Both the position numbers and the translations under genes were made by a program. DNA of 64,000 nucleotides from an uncultured delta proteobacterium. GTDB taxonomy: Bacteria; Desulfobacterota; Binatia; UBA9968. The DNA lies in contig CAWJBB010000081.1 of assembly GCA_963840855.1 (NCBI GenBank), forward strand, positions 11,367-75,366, written 5' to 3'. Below the pieces are notes generated by a model that was given only the letters and a program-made list of their open reading frames with translations, was not told where the DNA came from and did no database searches. Positions 1 to 10,782 of the stretch are shown here, one piece after another (the first letter of the stretch is position 1; each line of letters begins with the position of its first letter).

Positions 1-801
1 TTAACACTGCTCCTGGGTGATCCCGACGACCGGCGCAACGCCATTGTCATCCTTCATCCTGGTGCCGGCGGCACGGAGGCGCAGGATTGGGCGGAAATTC
101 TTTTGCGCATGTATCTGCGTTGGTGCGACCGGCGCGGCTATCGGAAAGAGATTCTCGAATACCAACCGGGCGAAGAAGCGGGCGTGAAGAGCGTGACCTT
201 CCTAGTGGAAGGCGACTACGCTTACGGCTATCTGAAAGCCGAAGCGGGCATTCACCGGCTCGTGCGCATCTCGCCCTTCGACGCCAACTCGCGGCGCCAC
301 ACTTCATTCGCATCCGTCTTCGTCTATCCGGAAGTGGACGACGATATCAAAATTGAGATCGATGACGCCGATCTGCGCGTCGACACCTATCGTTCCAGCG
401 GCGCGGGCGGCCAGCATGTCAACAAAACCGATTCCGCCGTGCGCTTGACGCATTTTCCCTCCGGCATCGTCGTGGCCTGCCAAAACGAACGCTCACAGCA
501 TAAAAATCGCGCCATGGCGATGAAGATTTTGAAATCGCGTCTTTACGAGCTCGAGATCGAAAAGCAAAAAGAGAAAATGGAGAGCTATCACAAGACCAAA
601 AAGGACATCGCCTGGGGCAGCCAGATCCGCTCCTACGTGCTCCATCCCTACCGCATGGTCAAAGACCACCGGACGAATATCGAGATCGGCAACGCGGACG
701 GCGTGCTCGACGGCGATATCGACGAATTCATCCAGGGATACTTGTTGCAGTCCAATGATGTCCGTTATACCAAGGCCGTCCGACTCCGAATAATCGACTA
801 A
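1..801 (+). CDS. prfB: Peptide chain release factor 2, 5'-truncated by the window edge
   Basis: Frame 1 is open from base 1 ([11 protein letters not shown]). Contains the RF2 SPF motif (RISPFD) and the GGQ motif ([17 protein letters not shown]). Confidence 0.96.
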   Translation, partial: LTLLLGDPDDRRNAIVILHPGAGGTEAQDWAEILLRMYLRWCDRRGYRKEILEYQPGEEAGVKSVTFLVEGDYAYGYLKAEAGIHRLVRISPFDANSRRHTSFASVFVYPEVDDDIKIEIDDADLRVDTYRSSGAGGQHVNKTDSAVRLTHFPSGIVVACQNERSQHKNRAMAMKILKSRLYELEIEKQKEKMESYHKTKKDIAWGSQIRSYVLHPYRMVKDHRTNIEIGNADGVLDGDIDEFIQGYLLQSNDVRYTKAVRLRIID

Positions 802-910
802 GAGTGTGTCAAAAATACGTTCATGCTTCAGCACGAACGGAACATCGTCGGAACTTTTCCGCGACTTCCACCGTTTTAAATGCATCTTGGTCAAAGGTAT
901 GGCCGATTTT

Positions 911-1033
911 GGTAGTGGTTCAGTTTTGCAAACATTTGTAGGGGCGACCCCCTGTGGTCGCCCGTCCCAGAGGGCAGACACACGGGTCTGCCCCTACATT
1001 GACGATTCGTTGAAATCAAATTGAACCACTATC
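911..1033. mobile_element. MITE with IS1-like ends carrying an internal GTAG-type REP doublet
   Basis: Terminal inverted repeats GGTAGTGGTTCA (911-922) and TGAACCACTATC (1022-1033). Exact 8-bp flanking direct repeat CCGATTTT (903-910, 1034-1041). Internal GTAGGGGCGACC...GGTCGCCC and GGGCAGAC...GTCTGCCCCTAC palindromes. Confidence 0.8.
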
Positions 1034-1103
1034 CCGATTTTGGCTTGCGTGAAATTTGCGAAGATGGTTTCCTGGGATAAGGAACGTTCGCCAGGGAGGG
1101 TCT

Positions 1104-2313
1104 ATGGGGGGTCAATCGCCGACTGGTGTCAACGACGCCGCGGGAAGCGACGGAAACAAAATCAGCCTTGAGCAGGCGGTTCTCGATCGCTACGGCAACG
1201 CAGCCCAGGAAGTTGAAGCTTCCTTATGCTCGCCGGTGAGCTACGACAACGCTCTGCTGAAAGTCATCCCCGATGAAATCATCCAGAAAGATTACGGCTG
1301 CGGTGATCCGTCGCGCCATATCCGTGAAGGCGAGACCGTTCTCGACTTGGGTTCGGGCAGCGGCAAAGCCTGTTACATCATTTCCCAGATCGTTGGCGCC
1401 AAAGGCAAGGTTATCGGCGTTGACTTTAATCCGCCGATGCTGGAGCTTGCGCGCAAATACCAATCGTCCATCGGCGGCAAGCTCGGCTATCACAACGTCG
1501 AGTTTCGCCGCGGCAAAATTCAGGATCTGAAAACCAATCTTGAACTTGTAGACTATCATCTGCGGGAAAATCCCGTGCGCTCGCTGGCGGATCTTTCGCG
1601 ATTGGAGGAATTCGAGAATAGAATCCGGCACGACCGGCCGCTGGTGGCCGACGAAACCATCGACGTGATAGTTTCCAACTGCGTGCTAAATCTCGTCCGT
1701 CCCGAAGACAAAAAGGCGCTGTTCGCCGAGATGTACCGCGTGCTCAAACGGGGTGGGCGCGTGGCGATCTCCGATATCGTCAGTGACGAGCCGGTGCCGA
1801 AACAGCTGGCAGAAGACCCCGATCTTTGGAGCGCCTGTGTGTCCGGCGCTTTTCAAGAAGAGGAGTTGCTGCGCGCTTTTGAAGAAGCGAAGTTTCATGG
1901 AATGCAGATTGAAGAGTTTCGCAGCGAAGCGTATCAAACCGTCGAGGGCATCGAATTTCGCGCCATTACGGTGACGGCTTACAAGGGCAAAGAAGGCCCC
2001 TGCATAGAGCGCAACCAGGCGGTGATTTACCGCGGGCCGTGGAAACAAGTCGTCGATGACGATGGCCATACCCTGGCGCGCGGCGCGCGTACGGCCGTGT
2101 GCGACAAAACGTTCAAGCTTTATTCGCAAGCACCCTACGCCGGGCAATTCATTCTCGTTCCGCCGCGGGACGAAGTCGTCATGGAAAACGCCGGCGTGTT
2201 CGACTGCTCGCGTGACCACAAGCGCCATCCGCGCGAGACCAAAGGGTATGGATTATAAAGTTACAAAGATTTCCGCCGGTGTGTGCGGTCCGGACTCCAA
2301 TTGCTGTCCGTAA
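1104..2313 (+). CDS. ArsM-like SAM-dependent methyltransferase (arsenite methyltransferase family); frameshift near 2246
   Basis: DYGCGDP, VLDLGSGSG and IVSNCVLNL motifs; GGAGG RBS before ATG 1104. Removing one G from AAAGGG (~2241-2246) extends the protein to a Cys-rich tail, ...GVCGPDSNCCP, ending at 2313. As sequenced it stops at 2258. Confidence 0.8.
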
Positions 2314-2422
2314 GAACAGAGATGGCGAAGGGGAGACAGGGGACAGGGAGGTGTTACGAGCATGATAAATATTATGCTGCCAGTCCCTTGACGGGAGAGG
2401 ATCGAGGTGAGGGTGATCTTCC

Positions 2423-3388
2423 ATGCAACCTTTTGCACAGAGACTTCATTAAAGGTGACGGCACTAAAACGCCGCGCCGTTGATGTACTGCAGGTAAATC
2501 TTGGGGCGGTATTGCAATTTGGCCTGTATTCACTGCCATGTCGAAGCCGGGCCGACGCGCAATGAGATGATGAGCCGGTAGAACGTCGACGCGGTGCTGC
2601 GCTTTCTGGCGAGCACGGAGATTCCAACTCTCGATATCACCGGCGGGGCGCCGGAGTTGCACCCTGACTTCGATTACCTGGTCGAGTCAGCGCGCAAACT
2701 GGGCCGCCATGTGATGGACCGCTGCAATCTGACGGTGATCTTTGAGCCGGGAAAGGATTATCTGCCCGAATTTTTTAAGCGCCAAAATGTGGAACTGGTG
2801 TGTTCGTTGCCCTGTTATTCGGAAGAAAACGTCGATAAACAACGCGGCAAAGGAACCTTTGATTTGAGCATTCGAGCATTGCAGATTTTCAATCAAATCG
2901 GCTACGGGCAGCCGGACTCGGATTTGGTTTTAAATCTAGTTTACAACCCCGTCGAGCCGCATCTCCCGCCAGCCCAAGACAAGCTCGAACGGGACTACAA
3001 ACGAATTCTCAACGACCAATTCGGCATCGTCTTCAATCATCTCTATTGTCTCAGCAACATGCCGATCACGCGCTATGAGACGCACCTCAGGTTGCGCGGT
3101 GAATTTGATCGGTACATGAAACTACTGGCCGACAACTTTAATGCCGCCACTTTAGATCAAGTAATGTGCCGGTATCTGATCAGCGTTGGCTGGGACGGTG
3201 CGATTTACGACTGCGACTTCAATCAAATGCTCGGTCTTTCCCTCCGGGACGCCCGCGGCGAAGCGCTTAACATCGGATCGCTGACGTCATTGGATCAAGT
3301 TCTAGAAAGGTCCATTACCATCGGCAATCACTGCTACGCCTGCACGGCCGGTTCTGGCAGCAGTTGCGGCGGCGCGCTACTGTCCTGA
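2423..3388 (+). CDS. arsS: Arsenosugar-biosynthesis radical SAM protein ArsS family; 5' end disrupted as sequenced
   Basis: LQVNLG-RYCNLACIHCHVEAGP (CxxxCxxC) lies at 2488-2554, upstream of the called ORF. DITGGAPELHP and C-terminal HCYACTAGSGSSCGG motifs. Lesions: frame change near 2450, extra G at 2503-2506, in-frame TAG at 2579-2581. Confidence 0.85.
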
Positions 3389-3558
3389 CCCAGAAGTTCG
3401 CAAAAGAAGTCGGTGGCCTTCGCACCGTCATACCCGCGAAAGCGGTAGCTTGTAGGGGCGGGTTTCAAACCCGCCCTTACCCTGGATTCCGGGTCGCGCT
3501 AGCTATCGTCAGCTTGCCCGGAATGACGAATTGTGTGACGAACTTCCGGGTCAGGACA
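3381..3558. mobile_element. MITE with 20-bp terminal inverted repeats and nested REP-like palindromes
   Basis: TGTCCTGACCCAGAAGTTCG (3381-3400) matches the reverse complement of 3539-3558 at 19/20. Internal GTAGGGGCGGGTTTCAAACCCGCCC and GTCATACCCGCG...CCCGGAATGAC palindromes. Confidence 0.75.
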
Positions 3559-3587
3559 TTGGATCTCACTTGCCTTGAGTCATAGGT

Positions 3588-5840
3588 ATGAAGGCGAGCA
3601 AGCCTATTCTGATCGTCCTGCTGCTGAGCGCGCTCGTGGCGGCAGTTCTATTGCTGCCGATTCGCGAATGGTTCATGCATTTTGAGAGCTACGTGCGCTC
3701 GCTCGGAACCATCGGCCCAGTCGTCGTGGTTCTGGTCTATATTATCTGCACCGTGCTGTTTATTCCCGGCAGCGCGATTACAATCGGGTCGGGCACCCTA
3801 TTTGGATTGACGACCGGCTTTATTGTCGTAGTGCTGGGCGCCAACCTCGGCGCGCTCTGCGCTTTTTTTCTCGCGCGCAGCTTTCTCCGTGAAAAGGTCG
3901 CGACTTGGGCGGCGGCGAATCCGAAGTTCCACTCCCTCGACCAGGCGATCGGCCGTCAAGGCTTCAAGATGGTTCTATTGATGCGATTGAGCCCGGTGTT
4001 TCCCTTCGTGTTGCTGAATTATTTATTGGGTCTCACCGCAGTGCGCCCGGCAGCCTACGCGCTCGCCAACTTGCTTGGCATGCTGCCGGCGACATTTCTA
4101 TTCGTCTACATCGGCGCGGCGGCGCGCGATGCGATTGCCGGCCAAATGGACGTCTCGGCGGGGTTGTACCAACAAATCTTGAAATACGTCGGGCTTGCGG
4201 CGACGCTCGCGGTGGTTTTGGTCGTGACGCGTATCGCGCGCAAAGCTTTGCGCGCGGCGGAGCAACAGCAGGAAGGCAGCGTGGCAGCGGGCACGGTGCG
4301 GCGTGGATTCGATCACCAGCCGACGACGTTCGATAAGATGATGCTGGTCGACGATCCCCATGACCGGATGTTGATCGAAAACTGCCATCCGCCGCGCTGG
4401 GTCAATCCGACACCCAATGGCAAATACAATCTCGTCGTTATCGGCGCGGGTACAGCCGGATTGGTTAGTGCCGCTGGCGCCGCTGGGCTGGGCGCCAAAG
4501 TCGCGCTGATCGAACGCAATCTGCTGGGCGGCGACTGTTTGAATGTCGGTTGCGTACCGTCTAAAGGCGTCATCCGCGCGGCGCGCGCAGCGTTCGATTC
4601 TCGCAACGCTACGGAGTTCGGCATCCACTCCGATACGCAATCCAAAGCGGACTTCGCTGCGGCGATGGCGCGCATGCGGCGGCTGCGCGCAGGCATCAGC
4701 CAACATGACTCGGCGGAACGGTTTCGAAAACTCGGCGTGGATGTCTATATCGGTCATGGGCAATTTGCCGGGCCGTCCACGGTTGAGATCGAGGGCAAGC
4801 GCCTGGAATTCCACCGCGCGGTTATCGCTACCGGTGCGCGCGCCGCTGAGCCGCCCATACCTGGCCTCAAAGAAGCTGGCTGCTACACCAACGAAACGAT
4901 CTTCACGCTTACCGAATTGCCGCGCCGGTTGGTTGTCATTGGCACAGGACCCATTGGCTGCGAGCTGGCCCAGTCTTTTCGCCGCTTCGGTAGCGAAGTG
5001 ACTGCCATCACGGACGGAATGGAGATTCTACCGAAAGAAGACTGTGACGCCGCCGCCATCGTGCGGATGCAAATGGACCGCGAAGGCGTCCGGGTCGTTA
5101 CGCGCGGCATGATTAAGCGGGTGAGTGGCAATGGCGCGGCTAAGCGCGTGTCGGTGGCAGTGGAAGGCAATGTCGAAGAAATCGACTGCGACGCGATCCT
5201 CGTTTGCGTTGGCAGGCAGCCGAATCTGGAAGGGTTGGGTTTGGATGCCGCAAACGTGAAATATGCGCGCGGCGGCGTGCTGGTGGACGAGCGGATGCGC
5301 ACGACGAATCCGCGCGTGTTCGCCGCCGGCGATATCTGCTCGCGCTATAAATTCACCCACGCTGCCGATGCCATGGCGCGTATCGTCATTGCGAACGCGC
5401 TTTTTATGGCGCGGCGCAAGGTAACCGATCTCGTAATTCCATGGTGCACGTATACCGATCCGGAAGTCGCCCATGTGGGCTATTATGAAAAAGACGCCAA
5501 AGCCGCCGGCTTCGATGTCGCAACGATCACCGAGCATCTGAATCACGTTGACCGCGCGATCCTCGACGGAGAAGACGACGGTTTCGCGCGGGTTCACTAC
5601 GACAAGAAAACTGGTAAGATTCTCGGTGGAACCATCGTGGCGCGCCACGCCGGTGAGATGCTAGGTGAATTGACCTTGGCGATGGTAGCGAAACAGAACG
5701 TCGGTGTTTTGTCGTCGACCATACACTCTTATCCCACTCAGGCGGAGGTGTTGCGCAAAATCGGCGACGCCTACATGCGCGCCAAGCTAACGCCGACGGT
5801 GAAAAAAGTATTTGCGAAGTGGCTGGCGTGGCGGCGTTGA
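3588..5840 (+). CDS. TVP38/DedA (VTT) membrane domain fused to a MerA/LpdA-like FAD-dependent pyridine nucleotide-disulfide oxidoreductase
   Basis: N-terminal ~220 aa are hydrophobic with RLSPVFPFVLLNY. Followed by GAGTAG, the redox-active GGDCLNVGCVPSK, GTGPIG, AAGD and HSYPT. Confidence 0.88.
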   Translation: MKASKPILIVLLLSALVAAVLLLPIREWFMHFESYVRSLGTIGPVVVVLVYIICTVLFIPGSAITIGSGTLFGLTTGFIVVVLGANLGALCAFFLARSFLREKVATWAAANPKFHSLDQAIGRQGFKMVLLMRLSPVFPFVLLNYLLGLTAVRPAAYALANLLGMLPATFLFVYIGAAARDAIAGQMDVSAGLYQQILKYVGLAATLAVVLVVTRIARKALRAAEQQQEGSVAAGTVRRGFDHQPTTFDKMMLVDDPHDRMLIENCHPPRWVNPTPNGKYNLVVIGAGTAGLVSAAGAAGLGAKVALIERNLLGGDCLNVGCVPSKGVIRAARAAFDSRNATEFGIHSDTQSKADFAAAMARMRRLRAGISQHDSAERFRKLGVDVYIGHGQFAGPSTVEIEGKRLEFHRAVIATGARAAEPPIPGLKEAGCYTNETIFTLTELPRRLVVIGTGPIGCELAQSFRRFGSEVTAITDGMEILPKEDCDAAAIVRMQMDREGVRVVTRGMIKRVSGNGAAKRVSVAVEGNVEEIDCDAILVCVGRQPNLEGLGLDAANVKYARGGVLVDERMRTTNPRVFAAGDICSRYKFTHAADAMARIVIANALFMARRKVTDLVIPWCTYTDPEVAHVGYYEKDAKAAGFDVATITEHLNHVDRAILDGEDDGFARVHYDKKTGKILGGTIVARHAGEMLGELTLAMVAKQNVGVLSSTIHSYPTQAEVLRKIGDAYMRAKLTPTVKKVFAKWLAWRR

Positions 5841-5888
5841 GCGACTTTAGTTAGGGTGAAAGGTCAGGAGTATCGGGCCTCAATACCA

Positions 5889-6719
5889 ATGAAGTCGATT
5901 CACGCTATCTTGGGTCTTGTTATTGTATTTGGACCGGCTCTGCTGGAGGCGGCGCCTAAGGCGGAGCTTTGGCCGCGCTGGCGGAAGCATGATGCAGCGA
6001 GTAAACAGAAAATCGATCACGGCGCGTGGGAGTCGTTCCTCAAGAAGTATATTGTCGCGCCCCATCCCTCGGGCATCAATCTTGTTCGTTACGCGGCGAT
6101 CAGTCCGCAAGAGCGCGCTCAGTTGAAAACCTATCTCGACGCGCTGCAGGCGGCGCCGATTTCCACCTACAACCGGGCTGAGCAGAGGGCATATTGGATC
6201 AATCTTTACAATGCGCTCACGGTGGAGGTTATTCTTTCGCGCTTTCCGGTGGAGTCGATTCGCGATATCAATATTTCACCCGGTTTTTTCACACGCGGGC
6301 CCTGGGGCGCGAAGCTATTGACCATCGAAGGCGAAAAACTTTCGCTGGACGATATTGAGCACCGCATTCTGCGCCCGATCTGGAAGGACAACCGAGTGCA
6401 CTACGCCGTCAACTGCGCCAGCCTCGGTTGTCCGAACCTGCAGCCGGTTGCCTATACCGGTGAAAACACCGAGGCGCTGCTCGAAAAAGGCGCGCGGGAG
6501 TTCATCAACCATCCCCGCGGCGTCGCCATTATGAATGGCAAGCTCAAGGTGTCGAGCATTTATGTTTGGTTCCAAGAAGATTTCGGTGGCAGCACCGAGG
6601 GGCTGATCGAACATTGGAACAAGTACGCGACTGGATCTCTTGTGGAAAAGTTGAAGAACTACCGGGGCGGTCTCGACCATGATTATGACTGGCGGCTGAA
6701 CGGCGCGGAGCCAAAATAA
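5889..6719 (+). CDS. DUF547 domain exported protein
   Basis: Signal-peptide-like N-terminus; AYWINLYNA, SLDDIEHRILR, RVHYAVNCASLGCPNL and YDWRLN motifs. Confidence 0.85.
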   Translation: MKSIHAILGLVIVFGPALLEAAPKAELWPRWRKHDAASKQKIDHGAWESFLKKYIVAPHPSGINLVRYAAISPQERAQLKTYLDALQAAPISTYNRAEQRAYWINLYNALTVEVILSRFPVESIRDINISPGFFTRGPWGAKLLTIEGEKLSLDDIEHRILRPIWKDNRVHYAVNCASLGCPNLQPVAYTGENTEALLEKGAREFINHPRGVAIMNGKLKVSSIYVWFQEDFGGSTEGLIEHWNKYATGSLVEKLKNYRGGLDHDYDWRLNGAEPK

Positions 6720-6728
6720 GGATCGCCC

Positions 6729-7406
6729 ATGGGCATCTCGGTTGTTGTTCCCATCCTTAACGAAGAAAGAACCATCGCGGCGCTGCTGCGGGCGCTCATG
6801 CAACTCAAGCCCGACGAGTTGATACTTGTCGATGGTGGCAGCAGCGACGGCACGCAGGCGATCTGCCGGCAATTCGGTGTCGAAGTATTAACGTCGCCGC
6901 GCGGGCGGGCGGCGCAGATGAATTACGGCGCGCGGCGGGCAACCGGCGATGTGTTACTGTTTTTGCACGCCGACACGCGGCTGCCACCGACCGCTTTTAG
7001 CGACATAAGAGACGCGCTTGGCGATCCGCGCTTCGTGGGCGGACGCTTCGATATTCAACTGGACGGCGATCATTGGATGCTGCGAGTGATCGGTGCGATG
7101 ATCAGCCTGCGCTCGCGGTTGAGCAAGGTCGGCACCGGTGATCAGGGGATTTTCGTCCGGCGCGAAGTGTTCCAAAGGATGGGCGGCTTCCCGGAGATTC
7201 CGCTCATGGAAGACATCGCCTTCTGCCGCGCGCTCAAGCGCCTCGGCGAGGTGGCCTGTTTGAGAAGCAAAGTTATTACCTCCGCGCGGCGCTGGGAATC
7301 GGGTGGTGTCTGGCGCACGATCTTTAGAATGTGGATGCTCAAGTCGCTCTATCTGATGGGCGTCTCGCCGCAACGGCTGAAACGTTACTATAGCGACGGC
7401 CGGTAA
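6729..7406 (+). CDS. Family 2 glycosyltransferase (TIGR04283-type, rSAM/selenodomain-associated)
   Basis: ISVVVPILNEE, VDGGSSD, FLHADT, GDQGIF, PLMED and TSARRW motifs; cluster context. Confidence 0.88.
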   Translation: MGISVVVPILNEERTIAALLRALMQLKPDELILVDGGSSDGTQAICRQFGVEVLTSPRGRAAQMNYGARRATGDVLLFLHADTRLPPTAFSDIRDALGDPRFVGGRFDIQLDGDHWMLRVIGAMISLRSRLSKVGTGDQGIFVRREVFQRMGGFPEIPLMEDIAFCRALKRLGEVACLRSKVITSARRWESGGVWRTIFRMWMLKSLYLMGVSPQRLKRYYSDGR

Positions 7407-7469
7407 CGCGGACATCGATGCTCACGCCTTGGAATTTACTACGTAACATTTTTTTCCCATCCGTGAATA

Positions 7470-8150
7470 ATGCAGAAGAACGCACTGATCATAATGACGA
7501 AGGCTCCCGAGCCGGGCGAGGTGAAAACCAGGCTGGTCCCGCCCTTGACGTTTTTAGAAGCGGCTGATCTGGCGCGGGCGTTGTTAGCGGATCAGCTGAA
7601 GAGCGTCGCGCAATTTGGCAGAGCGGAATTGTTTATTGCGTTTACGCCGGATGAAGCGCGGGGCTACTTTGAAAACTTCGCCACGCTGGGGTTTTCCTGT
7701 TTCGCTCAGAAGGGCGGTGATCTTGGCGCGCGAATGAGCAACGCGTTTAAGCAGGTCTTCGAATTTGGATTCGGTAATGTCGTATTGATCGGAAGCGATC
7801 TGCCGGCGCTCCCATTGACTACGTTTGAGCGGGCTTATGCTTCTTTGCAGAAATCCGACTGCGATCTTGTCTTTGGGCCGAGCGAGGATGGGGGTTATTA
7901 TCTCGTGGGCATGGGCCGACCGATTTTTGACATTTTCCAAGACATCGTCTGGAGCCGCAACGATGTGCTGGCGCGCAGCGTCGAAAAGTTGGCCGAGCTG
8001 GGCGTTAATTACGAGCTTCTGAATTATAGTTATGATATTGATACGTTAGACGATTTAAAACGCCTACTATCAGACTGTGAACACCATCATCTTGGGATGC
8101 ATAGTACCTTGACTCTTTTGCGTCAGCTGAAGCAGAGAGGCATAGTATAA
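7470..8150 (+). CDS. TIGR04282/DUF2064-type transferase (rSAM/selenodomain-associated)
   Basis: KAPEPGEVKTRL, QKGGDLGARM, LIGSDLP, GPSEDGGYYLVG and DIDT motifs. Confidence 0.85.
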   Translation: MQKNALIIMTKAPEPGEVKTRLVPPLTFLEAADLARALLADQLKSVAQFGRAELFIAFTPDEARGYFENFATLGFSCFAQKGGDLGARMSNAFKQVFEFGFGNVVLIGSDLPALPLTTFERAYASLQKSDCDLVFGPSEDGGYYLVGMGRPIFDIFQDIVWSRNDVLARSVEKLAELGVNYELLNYSYDIDTLDDLKRLLSDCEHHHLGMHSTLTLLRQLKQRGIV

Positions 8151-8252
8151 GCTAGGGTCCAATGCTTGCTCAATCGAATAAAAATCTAACTGCGAAATTT
8201 CTGTCAGATGGTACAGCCATTGCGCATTGGAACGGGTGGGAGACGTTTACTT

Positions 8253-10308
8253 ATGGCGAGTCAAAGTATTGACGCGTTGTGTATCGACACGATCCGCACC
8301 TTATCGATGGATGCGGTGCAAAAGGCAAACTCCGGCCATCCGGGGGCGCCCATGGGGCTTGCGCCGGCGGCTTATGTTTTATGGACGCGCTTTCTAAGCC
8401 ATAACCCGCGCAATCCCTCATGGCCCGACCGCGACCGCTTCGTCCTCTCCGCCGGGCATGCCTCGATGCTGCTTTACAGCATGCTTCATCTTACCGGGTA
8501 CGATCTTCCGCTCGAACAGATCAAACAATTCCGCCAGTGGGGGAGCCGCACGCCCGGCCATCCTGAGCGCAAGCTGACGCCAGGAGTAGAAACAACCACG
8601 GGACCGCTCGGTCAAGGTTTCGGCAACGGCGTCGGCTTGGCCATGGCGGAAGCGTACCTGGCGGCGCGCTACAACCGCCCGGGATTCGAGGTCGTCAATC
8701 ACTTTACCTACGGCATCGTCAGCGACGGCGACTTGATGGAAGGCGTGGCAGCGGAAGCCGCCAGCCTCGCCGGCCATCTGAAATTGGCCAAATTGATTTA
8801 CCTCTACGACAACAACCACATTTCGCTCGCTGCCTCCACTGACTTGACGTTCACGGAAAACTGCGCGATGCGGTTCGAGGCCTATGGCTGGCACACGCAA
8901 ACGGTGGACGACGGGAATGATATCGAGGCCATCGACCAGGCGCTCGGCGCCGCGCGCGGCGAGACGACCCGGCCATCGTTGATAATTTTACGCACGCATA
9001 TCGGATACGGATCGCCGGGGAAGCAGGACACCTTCGAGGCGCATGGGTCGCCTTTGGGGGAAGAAGAAGTCAAGCTGACAAAAAAGAACCTGGGCTGGCC
9101 GGCGGAGCAACCGTTTTTCATTCCGGATCCGGCGCTGGCGCATTTTCGCGAGGCAATCGGCAAGGGAGAACGGGCTGAGGCGGAATGGAATGAGCGGTTC
9201 TCCTCCTATGCGAGGGAATTTTCCGACATGGCGAGAGAGCTGGAAGACGCGCTCCGCGGCGTTTTGCCGATGGGTTGGGAAGCGGCGATTCCCGAATTTC
9301 CCCCGGACGCGAAGGGGCTGGCGACCCGGGCGGCATCGGGGAAAGTTTTAAACGCGATAGCGCCCAAGCTTCCGACATTGATCGGCGGCTCGGCGGATTT
9401 GAATCCATCAACGTTCACGGTGCTGCAGAAGCTGGGTGATTTTCAAAGCCCAGCAGAGAGAGTGCACCGATAGCCAGGGGTCGGCGGGGGGCGGTTGGGG
9501 CTACGGCGGACGCAACTTGCACTTCGGGGTGCGCGAGCACGGCATGGGCGCGGCGCTGAACGGCATGGCGGCCCATGGCGGAATCATTCCCTTCGGCTCG
9601 ACCTTCCTCATATTTTCCGATTACCTGCGCCCGTCGATCCGGCTCGCGGCAATAATGGAGCTGGGCGTGATCTATGTCTTTACGCATGACAGCATCGGTG
9701 TCGGCGAGGACGGCCCGACGCACCAACCGGTCGAGCAGTTGGCCGCGCTGCGCGCCATACCGCGCCTGGTCGTAATTCGTCCTTGCGACGCCAATGAGAC
9801 CGCCGTGGCATGGAGGTTTGCCATCGAGAGTCGCGATGGTCCGGTGGCGCTGGCGTTGACCCGTCAAAATCTGCCGACCCTCGATCGCACACAGTTCGCC
9901 GCAGCCGGCGGACTGCGACAAGGAGCTTACGTCCTGGCTGACGCACCGGATGGCAGGCCCGATATAATTTTGATCGGCACCGGATCAGAAGTGGCCTTGG
10001 TCATCGCGGCGCGGGAAAAGCTCGCGCAGCTAAATATTCAGGCGCGCGTTGTTTCCATGCCCAGTTGGGAACTCTTCGATGCGCAGTCTCAGAAATATCG
10101 CGACTCAGTCTTGCCCCGGCCTGTGCGGTCGCGACTTGCTGTGGAAGCGGCTCTGCCGCAAGGGTGGCATCGCTACGTCGGCGACGGCGGCGACGTCATC
10201 GGGGTAGAGCGTTTCGGCGCCTCGGCCCCCGGAAATGTGGTGATTGAAAGATTGGGCTTTACCGTGGAACATGTTGTCGAGCGCGCTCTCGCGCTGGTGG
10301 AAAAATAA
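8253..10308 (+). CDS. tkt: Transketolase, split by one frameshift at ~9450
   Basis: SGHPG and the ThDP-binding SDGDLMEG in the first ORF; [24 protein letters not shown] and FGASAP in the second. The junction lies next to an AG repeat. Confidence 0.93.
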
Positions 10309-10311
10309 AAA

Positions 10312-10770
10312 ATGCGCGTCGCCATCGGCGCCGATCACGCGGGGTTCGAGCTGAAACAAATTCTCCTCGACTATTTGCGTCACCGCGGCCACGAGGTGAT
10401 CGACCTAGGGACAACCAGCGAAGATCCCGTGGACTATCCGGACTTCGCCGAAGCCGTGAGCAAGGTGCTGTTGGACGGCGCCGCGGAGCGCGGCGTGCTC
10501 GTCTGTGGCAGCGGCGTGGGCGCTTCGGTTTCAGCCAATAAAATACCCGGCATTCGGGCCGGGCTTTGTCACGATACCTACTCGGCGCGCCAGGGCGTCG
10601 AGCATGACGACATGAATATTCTTGTGTTGGGGGCTCGGGTGATCGGCGTAGAGCTTGCGCGCGAGCTGGTGAACAACTTCTTGGCTGCGAACTTCAACGG
10701 TGAAGAGCGTCACCGCCGCCGCATCGAGAAGATCAAAGCCCTCGAAAAACGCTACGGCAAAGCGAAGTAA
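10312..10770 (+). CDS. rpiB: Ribose-5-phosphate isomerase B
   Basis: GADHAG, DYPD and [13 protein letters not shown] motifs. Confidence 0.95.
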   Translation: MRVAIGADHAGFELKQILLDYLRHRGHEVIDLGTTSEDPVDYPDFAEAVSKVLLDGAAERGVLVCGSGVGASVSANKIPGIRAGLCHDTYSARQGVEHDDMNILVLGARVIGVELARELVNNFLAANFNGEERHRRRIEKIKALEKRYGKAK

Positions 10771-10782
10771 GGGAGAGACATC

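Noticed and set aside
1-120. prfB programmed +1 frameshift
   Set aside because: The CTT-TGA site would lie upstream of the window and cannot be assessed.
2579-2581. In-frame TAG in arsS as pyrrolysine or readthrough
   Set aside because: It is at a non-catalytic position, sits among other nearby lesions, and no pyl genes are in view. Error or mutation is simpler.
3340-3388. Selenocysteine in the ArsS C-terminal GSSxGG motif
   Set aside because: The codon is TGC (Cys). The TGA at 3386 comes after the motif and belongs to the MITE end.
9440-9475. Programmed frameshift or phase variation in tkt
   Set aside because: The AG tract is short, there is no canonical slippery heptamer, and similar indels occur across the window.
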